NCBI GenBank assembly: GCA_030704615.1
Contig: JAKLZA010000199.1
Span: 1-12,272 of the forward strand
Reading direction: 5' to 3'
DNA length: 12,272 nt
Source of the DNA: Takakia lepidozioides
Lineage: Eukaryota > Plantae > Bryophyta
Made by a program: the position numbers and the translations under genes
The notes under the pieces: model-generated
The model's database searches: none
Seen by the model: only the letters and a program-made list of their open reading frames with translations
Told to the model about the DNA's origin: nothing
Part shown: piece by piece, positions 1 to 7,712 of the stretch
Numbering within the stretch: the first letter of the stretch is position 1
How the letters are laid out: the number at the start of each line of letters is the position of its first letter

Positions 1-1365
1 CCTCACTCTCATTCTAGACAAACATAAAGGATTTGTTTGAAACAGCTGAAGGAAAGCTTGCAGGGCACAGAGCATGAAGGTATGGTTGGCACAGAATGCA
101 ATGGGTAAGTGCTTGTAAGCTTGTGGGGCTTGCAAGTATCGATTTAGAGAAAATGTACTCTCCATTCGTCTGTCCTTGTGCCACTGCGTAAGTAGTAAGG
201 CGAGCGTGTAGTCTGTTATTTCCGCCATAGCTTCAAAGCTATAGCTTTGATTGTCTCCCCTGTCGAGACGCCCGTTACTCGGAACTACGCCGACTCTTTT
301 GCTCATAATTTTTTTAAATTCTTGATCTTGCTTCTTGGAAAATACCCTCTGCAGGAAATTCTGGCTCATGATTGGCTGTTGGCTCTGTGATTGGTTTTGT
401 AATTTAATTCTCTTCTGTGGATTTTTCCCCCAGGACTGTTTACTAGGATAGCACATGTGACAAGGATTTCGCTTTTGGGTACTTGTAAAGGGTTCCGTTA
501 CCCTTTCCATGTATGCATTAATGGGCCCACAATAAATTTCGGTTAACGTGCCGGGTAGGTACTTTGACGGCCAATTTTGTCTTCCTTCTTGATGACACCC
601 GTTCTTGCAATTCATGTCCGGCTGTGTGTCTCGCCCTGGCGTCCACGTGTCCATTTCTAAACCTGCCTCCGTCCACTTTTCCGCCGGCCACTCTCCGGAT
701 GTTAACCCACGTCCACATGTCACTGATCCTATGGACTGTGTAAACCCGGTGGGCTGTGTTGAGCTGTGATAGGCTGTGTGGCACTGTGATGGGTTGTGAT
801 AGGTTGTGCAACGCTGTGATGGGCTGTGATAGGCTGTGTCACGCTGTGATGGGCTGTGATAGGTATGCGAACACCTGTAGTTCCCGCCCTGGTCATATAT
901 GCTCGGCTTAGCGACAAGTGCTCCATACTCCGTTGATATCACTGGCGCAGCCCGTGACTGCTTTTGCGTTTCAACATGCAAATCGTGCTGCAATGGTTTG
1001 TCATAGATACCACTGTACCCCTTTAACTTATTGGCATTGACTCTTCCCAGCATCTCTTTGTTAATGGTTTGTAACATGGCTGTGTTGTTATCATACATCT
1101 TTTGTATGACATAAGGTCCCTTCCATGGTGATTTAAGCTTAGAAGCTTTAATCTTCCCTTTCTTCTGCAACCAGAGAACCAAATCTCCCGTCTTAAAAGT
1201 CTTTAATTTGCCTTCATCAAACTGTTCCTTCATCTTCATCTGAATTCTGGTCATGTTATCAGCTGCATCATCATGTACTTCTTCCACAAGGTATAATTCA
1301 TGTTTCCTGACCTTAATTGAATCTTCCAATTCCATTCTCTTTCCCCATTCTGTTCTCATGGTAGG
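1..1365 (-). CDS. Uninterrupted continuation of the pol frame: integrase C-terminus plus an unknown extension of over 330 aa running off the window
   Basis: I read all 455 codons in this frame from 1365 to 1 and found no stop. It is probably absent from the ORF track because no stop lies inside the window. Confidence 0.75.
751..863. repeat. Tandem repeat, 10-bp unit (nGGCTGTGAT-like), about 11 copies, arranged as a 30-bp higher-order unit
   Basis: gggctgtgtt gagctgtgat aggctgtgtg gcactgtgat gggttgtgat aggttgtgca acgctgtgat gggctgtgat aggctgtgtc acgctgtgat gggctgtgat agg. Confidence 0.95.
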
Positions 1366-2150
1366 TCACAAGAATTCCACTGGAAGTAAAGCTTCCATAC
1401 CATAAACTAATTGGAATGGTGTATACTTAGTGGTGACTTTATATGAAGTCCTGTATGACCACAAAGCTGTCAGCAGCTTTGTATCCCAATCCGTTCTGTT
1501 TGCATTGACTATCTTAGCCAAGATAGTACATAGTATTTTGTTGGTAGCCTCTGCCTGCCCATTACCCTGTGGGTAATACGTTGTACTTTTTCTATGCACA
1601 ATCATGAACTCTTTAGTCAATAGTTCAATGGTCTCATTAATGAAGTGACTTCCCTGGTCACTGATAAATTCCAAGGGACAGCCAAATCGGGTAAGTATGT
1701 TCTCATACAGGAACCTTGTTGTGGACTTGGCTGTGTTGTCCCTCAGAGCTTTAGCTTCCACCTACTTCGTAGTATAATCAGTGGCCGTAATTATATACTT
1801 GTTCTGTGTATTCTTGGCCGGTAGGTTAATTGGTCCAACAAAGTCTAGTCCCCATTTCTGAAATGGTTCAGTAGGCATCATAGGATGCAAAGCCATCTTC
1901 CTAGATCTCTGCAAAGGTCCTAGCCTCTGACATTCATCACAACTCTGACAATACTTGTGTACATCTTTGAACAAAGTAGGCCACCAGTAACCTGCAAGTA
2001 GTATCTTCCTACTGGTAGTCTCTTCTCCAAAATGACCTCCAGCCACTCCTTTATGAACTTCCTCCAAAACTTTATTTACTTCATGGTGGTACAAGCATCG
2101 TTTAAGTACTCCATCAGGTCCTAGCTTATACATTCTGCCCCCTATCATAG
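1015..2150 (-). pseudogene. Integrase (HHCC zinc finger, DDE core, GPY/F motif) with two premature stops
   Basis: HKGVAGGHFG...WWPTL...CQSCDECQ zinc finger; catalytic WGLDFVGP / ISDQGSHF / GQAEATNK. Reading through the TGA at 1366 gives FKTGDLVL...KLKSPWKGPYVI (1111-1125)...VNANKLKGY. Confidence 0.95.
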
Positions 2151-2289
2151 TATAAGGTAAAGCCTTGATAGCGATTCTCTTCCTCTGCTCCTTACCATAA
2201 CTAGGTGGGCACTGACCATGACTAAGGTACTATCTGATTGGCCACTGCCAATCTAACCATTCATCTGCACTTCCTTGCACCTCCATTGC

Positions 2290-2787
2290 AAATAAACTCG
2301 CATCAGGTAATTGGTCGTCTACTCCTGTGGCGGGCTCTCCTGTTGTTAGGCGTGACAAATGATCTGCCACAAGATGCAAACGGCCAGGCTTGTAAACAAC
2401 TTCGAACTCAAACTCGTGCAAGATTATTAACCACCTTGCTATCCTTCCACTTATCAAAGGTTTGTTCACCAGATATATCAGAGCCTGGTGATCCACATAA
2501 AACATAAACTTTCTTCCCAATAGGTAATGCCTGAATTTCTTGACTACATAAATCATTGCCAGTGTTTCTCTTTTAGTTGTGCTATAGTTCCTTTCAGCAC
2601 TGTTCATCAACCTGCTAGCATAGTACACCGGTGAATCTATATTTTTTGTAACATTTTGGGCTAACACCGCTCCCAACGCTTCTCCTGAGGCATCACAATG
2701 AACATGAAATACTACATGCCAGTGAGGGTTAATCAGCACGGGTGTAGTTGTTACTGACAATGTAAGTTCCTCAAAAGCTGTTGACAT
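2290..2787 (-). pseudogene. Ty3/Gypsy RNase H domain
   Basis: Motifs FHVHCDASGEALGAVLAQ, YYASRLMNSAERNYSTT, KKFRHYLLG, VDHQAL, RIARW, YKPG and VADHLSR in ORF 2230..2787. Confidence 0.95.
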
Positions 2788-2984
2788 TCAGCTGTCGTTG
2801 CAAACACTGCATCTTTCTTCAGAAGCTTGCTCAATGGTGCTGCTATCTGTGCATACCTTTTGACAAATCTACTGTAATAATTGGTTTGTCCAAGGAATCT
2901 CCTTAGACTCTTAACATTTACTGGTGGTGGAGAGGCTTTAATGGCCTCTGTCTTCCTGGGATCCACAAGTAGTCCCCTCTTACA
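2788..2984 (-). pseudogene. Reverse transcriptase C-terminal (thumb/connection) fragment
   Basis: Reads CKRGLLVDPRKTEAIKASPPPVNVKSLRRFLGQTNYYSRFVKRYAQIAAPLSKLLKKD, the typical Gypsy segment downstream of YxDD. Similarity stops abruptly at about 2985. Confidence 0.92.
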
Positions 2985-3149
2985 GCAAAGATTCCCCAGA
3001 GTGCAGCTCCAGTTGGGGATGCTCCAGCTGCTCAGCCCCTACTGCCACCAGCAGAAATGTCTCCGGAGGAATTCCAAAGTGCAGCGGATACAATGTTGGA
3101 GGAGACACACAGTAGCATTGGTAGAGTTCTGGGTAGTAGGGTATTCCAG

Positions 3150-3587
3150 CGGACTCTTCGAATCCCACTCTGTCGCATGGTCTCCCTTCCCATCGTCAGG
3201 CAGGCACTCCCCGGAGATGTGGATAAGCTCAAGTTCGCATTTCGAGAAGGGTACCGTCTAGGTTCGCCAGCCTTCTACGTTTCCCTTGAGAATGAGGACG
3301 GCGAATCTCGTGGACCCACTGCGGATGAATTGTCAACATGGGATACCCACTGGCACACTCGCAACGACAAATTTGAGGCAACGCTGAAGGGTGATCCAGA
3401 CTTCGGCCATATGTCGGGTAAAATGTTCTTTGTGTGGGACGGGAATCACCGACTTCTTGCCTGGTGGAGTACATCAAGCAGAACCATGCCAAGCACATTG
3501 GCTGGCATTACATGGTGGAGTGTGTCATCCTCAGGTGAAGGCGGCAGACTCCTCCCTGCTCAAGAATGCCATGGCGGACCTCAACTC
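3150..3587 (+). other. ParB/Sulfiredoxin-like nucleotide-binding domain (exon 1)
   Basis: IPLCRMVSLPIVRQALPGDVDKLKFAFREGY...PAFYV...MFFVWDGNHRLLAW. This has the ParB-N pattern: strand, conserved R, helix, G, P-hydrophobic strand, then DGxHR (3438-3452) and a helix. Confidence 0.7.
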
Positions 3588-3619
3588 GTAAGATACTCAT
3601 ACCCTCCCAAGCACGTTCG

Positions 3620-3637
3620 AAATGCGGTGCCGCATTT
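3620..3637. repeat. Palindrome copy 1 (intron 1)
   Basis: AAATGCGG-TG-CCGCATTT. Confidence 0.95.
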
Positions 3638-4827
3638 TGGTTTCCAATCTGTTTTGTTTCCATGCTTCCGTGGACTGAACTGGAGAGTGTGCCTTGCAGG
3701 GTCACTGAAAATGCGTACGTGCATACCCACATGGCACATATGCTGTACAGGGTGAGGAAAACTGGTCTCACTGATCCGCACATGTTTGCGGAAATGCTGG
3801 AGCCCGAGCTCATTCAGAAAGCCGTGGCAAAAACTGACCGGACATGGTATCGTCTCACTATGGATGGAATGGTGAAGGTGATATACAAAGTAAGTCGTCC
3901 TCCCATTTCCCTCTGCTCATCCTTCCCCAATTTTCAGTAATCTTTCCACATGAGTCGAATGTAACACTTCTGCATGTTTTTGTTGGCAGTCAAACATCAA
4001 GCTGGATTTGGCCCATGCCAAACGCTTCTTCATGGAAAGTGAGGGGCAGGTCAAAACGTTGCAGTCATTGACTGAGCACTTGAAGGAAGCCGGGGTCAAG
4101 TCCAGAACAAAATACAAGTCAAAGCTTGTGAAGCTGGTGGCCATTGCAGATCCGGCACTTGGAAAGGACTTCATCCCCGAGATTGCAAAACACTATTCTC
4201 GGGCCATGCAGCCGACCATGCAGTTGGAGAAACTGCATCACCTCTCAACGGCATGTGTTGAGACGAAAGAGAAGGTGAGGTTTCAATGCACTGAAGTTCC
4301 TTCCTAGCAATAGCCACTCTTCTTCCTGCTCCTGACATTGGATCAGAAATGGCAGACACGGCGGCTGTCGATCTGGAATGCATCGGAGAGTATAAGGACA
4401 ATGTGGTCTTTTCCACTCGAAGTTTCCGACCTTGTAGTGGATGTGTGGCTCAACCGCATGACTTGGAGGTTCCAGGTAATTCAAGGTACTTCCCCAGATT
4501 TGCTTTTCTGAAATGAATTCCCTGAACTGCTACGTGACAATGCATGTGGGAATCGCAGGTAATGACGAATGCGAAGGAGCAAGTCGTAATGCATACAAAT
4601 TCGTTTGGCTTGTACGTCAAATGGGATGGAACACAGACATTGGAAGACTACGTGACACGTTTCAGATGTGCGTACAAGGACACCTCTTCGCCAGGGAGCT
4701 GCAGACAGCAAGAAGGAGCATGGAGTTTACACATCAGGAGGGAGCGGGAAAAGCTGCAATGCGAATTGTTTACAGGTGAAGCCCAGCTGTCATTGTATGC
4801 AAAGCCTGGTTATGAGGTTTATCTGGG

Positions 4828-4844
4828 AAATGCGGCACCGCATT
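4828..4844. repeat. Palindrome copy 2 (intron 5)
   Basis: AAATGCGG-CA-CCGCATT. Confidence 0.95.
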
Positions 4845-5749
4845 CGCATTTTATGTTTTCGGTTGCACTCTGCGAGTACGTTGGTCTCAACTTTTGCTCA
4901 CGCATGCTGACTGCCCTGCAGGTATATGAAATACGTGCTTCTTCAGACAGGGGCCCTGGCTCAAGAGCCCCCGTTCTTTATGGCTTGGACCGTGGCGGGC
5001 TCAAGCTGTGTCTACACACCCGAGATGCAGAAACAATGGCATGTCGCGCATCTCGTTGGATGCCCATGGTACCTGGACCTGTCTGGCGGAATTGTTACGA
5101 GTCTAAGAAAGATCTGCACACGAAAGCAGAAGAGAGAAGAAAGGAAAGACGTGTCCCTGCTCGGCCAGAGTCGGCAAAGGAAGCTGCTTCTCTGGAACAA
5201 TCCAGAAAGGCAGCTGAGATGGCACAGAAGACTGTGGATGCAGCTGTGCAGGCTCAACAAAAGGGTCGAAGAAGCGACTCGCCAGCAAGGAGCAGTTGTT
5301 GTGACACCCAAGAAAACAGCAGAAACAGATAGTGCAGGAAGAGGGTGAGGAAGAGGACTCCAATGGAGACTTTGCAACCAGCCCACCCCCCGAAACGCAG
5401 CCGAAATCCCTTGGTGCCCACCGTTGTCACGAGAGGGACGAGAACTGGCTCGGCAAAGAAGGCACTCTTCAATCCCCCGGGGGGCACCCTTTCGAGCCGG
5501 TGGAAATGAAGAGGCCGAAAGTGGATCCCAATACAGTAGTCCAGTGTGTAAATGAGAGTTTCTTGGCGGCTTTGGATGGACGGGCAGCCAAGTTGGCATA
5601 CATGAAGACCATGGAGGGTCTGAAGGGCAGAGCACTGAAAAAGGCGGCTGCCGAAGAGCCTTCCGACACCCCTGGGTTTCTGAAGATGGTCTCGTTCTTT
5701 GAGAGGGTGTGTGCAGACAAGGATTGTAGGAGGGGCGGAAATGCCACCG

Positions 5750-6580
5750 AGTGGTCTTGCGATATGATCATCTTGGATATTCCGGACGGAGAGCCTGTGG
5801 AAGGACTGCAAGCTTTGCCATCTTGGAACAGGTACTCCGAGGACTTTTGGAAGAAAGGATTCGGGCTCGCCCGCATGGTGTTGGACGACAGAGGCTGTGT
5901 GGTTGTCCTGGCGAGCAGAGGCAAAAACACGCAGACAGGAATTGCGAAGTGGACCCGCAAGAGCGCCGTCCCAATTCTGAAGAAGAAATGGACGTGCATC
6001 AACACATTGGGCCTTCGGTCGGAAGGGAAGAAGGTAATTACGACATTGGCACTCGTCCTTTCATTTTCTTAGGAGTTTTTAAATGCGGTGCCGCATTCGA
6101 TTTCTAATCGTTCCCCACTGTGTATGCAGACGAAGCAGTTCGATGCATACTACTTTGTGAAGGAGAACTCCACCTTTGCTTTCCGGAAGGAGGGATTGTT
6201 GGTTGACCCTGAATTGCGACCCCATCGATTACGACGTCCTGTTCAACAACGTTCCCACGGAACTTCTCCCTCATAGCCTCACTTCAATTGAACCCCTGCG
6301 GTATTCACGGACTCGGAGCCCTGTCTTCATTCAGACAATTATGGAGACATGCACTGACGTGGAGGGCACAGTGCTCGACTCATCTGTGGGACAGGTATGC
6401 AGAATCTTGTTGTATGTTGTTCTCCAAATTCTTGTTATGCTTTAATTCGCAACATCTGAAGGGCCATGTCATAATGTGTGGATGGCATTGTAACAGGTGC
6501 CTCAATGTGGGCTGGGCGGTTTTCCGACCGGCACCTCTTTGCCTACGAGGAGGACACATCCGTCTGGGGATCCCATCTGG
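5750..6580 (+). other. Beta-class amino-methyltransferase-like domain (N6_N4_Mtase-type), exons 6-8
   Basis: Motifs are in beta order: CDMIILDIPDG (cf. VDLIITDPPYG, motif IV, 5776-5787); FGLARMVLDDRGCVVV (cf. CYRVLKPDGSIYI); FDAYYFVK; and RSPVFIQTIMETCTDVEGTVLDSSVG[T]|GASMWAGRFSDRHLFAYEED (cf. KPVALLERLI..SSNPGDLVLDPFAGSGTT..AA...GRRFIGIELD, motifs X-I-II). Confidence 0.78.
6081..6097. repeat. Palindrome copy 3 (intron 6)
   Basis: AAATGCGG-TG-CCGCATT. Confidence 0.95.
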
Positions 6581-7399
6581 AAGGGCTGCAACGGAATGTG
6601 AAGGCTCCCATCGAAGCCAAAGACTCCTCGGATTCGTCGGAGTCGGAGGAAGAGACAGTGGACATTGATGCCGAGGAGAACCCGGAATACGAGTGAGTGC
6701 AAACATTGTAAGTTTGCAAAGCCTTCTGGGTGATTTTTTGTCAAATGCATTTCCGGACTGTGGTTCTCATTGGTCTCGTTGGTGATTGTTATGTGCAGGA
6801 TTCTAGGATCCGGGTCGAAACATGTAGGGCCTACACTTCTTGCCAGGAAGAATGTCCCGTTCTTTGCGAGGGGCGACTTCATGACGAGCCCGGTGAAGGA
6901 CTACTCCCTTCCTAGTTATGCAGCTAAACTCGCAAATACAGCGATTAGACGATGTGAGAATCCTAGTAAAGTAGAGCAGATTTTGGAGAGGGCTAGGGAG
7001 GACAGAAGGATAAGGAAAGAGTTGGCAACAGCTGAGACAAGTAGACGGGTGCGAAAGTTCATATGTGATTCAGCGGATGAGAGCGATGCAGACAGGGAGG
7101 ACGACGAGCCAACGGAGGTGAGATGGTCGGTTCCGCAAGGTGAAGATGGGATTTTCGAAAGCCTGGCCAACGAGCAGTCCGCTGGAGATGAGAAAGACAA
7201 TGACGGGGTGGAGGCGAGTAGGACAGTCAAGGATAGGACGACGATAGTGATGATTTCAAGATTAATAGAATTTTAATGAACTCTCTGTACATTTAAGTTC
7301 CTTCCAGAGTATATAAAGGAAATTCTCCCCGTCCTTCATGTCCCCTCTCCCATGTGCTTCTCACGACAACATCGTCCAAACCTGGTCCCTCCCAAAATC

Positions 7400-7694
7400 G
7401 GAAATGCGGCACCGCATTTCCAAACCGAGGCAAGAACAATTTTCCGTTTCATGGTTTGGACATTAGAAACTGTTCGGCGAACGGAAATGCGGTGCCGCAT
7501 TTCCGTTTTCGACACGACAGTTTTGCCGATTGCCAGCTCCTTCCATGGAGGTAAATGTAAATGCAGAGGTCAAACATGGAAATGCGGTGCCGCATTTACA
7601 TTTTGGAGATGGACATTTTTCCAACTGCAGACCCATCGACGGAAATGCGGCTCCCCATTTCATGATGCTAGACGGGAATGCGGCACCGCATTCC
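7400..7694. repeat. Cluster of five palindrome copies downstream of the ParB-MTase gene
   Basis: 7400-7421 GGAAATGCGG-CA-CCGCATTTCC; 7480-7507 AACGGAAATGCGG-TG-CCGCATTTCCGTT; 7580-7597 AAATGCGG-TG-CCGCATTT; 7642-7661 GAAATGCGG-CT-CCCCATTTC (degenerate); 7675-7694 GGAATGCGG-CA-CCGCATTCC. Confidence 0.95.
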
Positions 7695-7712
7695 ATTGTC
7701 CAATAAGAAATT

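Larger units (their letters stand above)
1..2984 (-). mobile_element. pol: Ty3/Gypsy LTR retrotransposon internal region (pol: RT C-terminus, RNase H, integrase, long extension); 5'-truncated and decayed
   Basis: Minus-strand domain order RT-RH-INT is diagnostic of Ty3/Gypsy. There is one frameshift near 2788 and in-frame stops at 2230-2232 (TAG), 1762-1764 (TAG in TTK[W]VEAKAL) and 1366-1368 (TGA). No chromodomain is seen, and WGLDFVGPI resembles plant non-chromovirus (Athila/Tat-related) integrases. Confidence 0.95.
2986..7276 (+). pseudogene. Spliced gene (9 exons, about 1150 codons): ParB/Srx-like N-terminal domain plus beta-class N6A/N4C DNA methyltransferase-like domain and acidic tail; frameshifted as sequenced, 5' end probably truncated
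   Basis: GT-AG introns at 3588-3699, 3890-3989, 4275-4346, 4476-4558, 4776-4921, 6034-6129, 6395-6496 and 6693-6798 (72-146 nt). Donors read GTAAG/GTAAGT/GTGAG/GTAAT/GTGAA/GTAAT/GTATG/GTGAGT and all acceptors are CAG. Junction phases join the track's ORF fragments (e.g. DLNS|VTENA, VIYK|SNIK, IVYR|YMKY, EGKK|TKQF, PEYE|ILGS). Stop TAA at 7274-7276. Roughly 8-10 single-base frameshifts must be corrected. Confidence 0.8.

Noticed and set aside
1-1000. 3' LTR or PPT of the left Gypsy element
   Set aside because: No purine tract followed by TG was found on the minus strand, there is no evident similarity to the 7713-8561 LTR, and the pol frame is still open here.
5012-6005. Long minus-strand ORFs (207, 185 and 178 aa)
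   Set aside because: Antisense shadows of GC-rich exon 6, with no recognisable motifs.
2986-7276. Bacterial or phage contamination as the source of the ParB-MTase gene
   Set aside because: The gene has eight phase-consistent GT-AG introns, one inside the SAM-binding motif, and it is flanked by plant-type LTR retrotransposon sequence.
7400-7694. CRISPR array (palindromic repeats with unique spacers)
   Set aside because: Spacing is irregular (about 13-72 nt), copies switch orientation, the same motif occurs singly in spliceosomal introns, there are no cas genes, and the context is eukaryotic.
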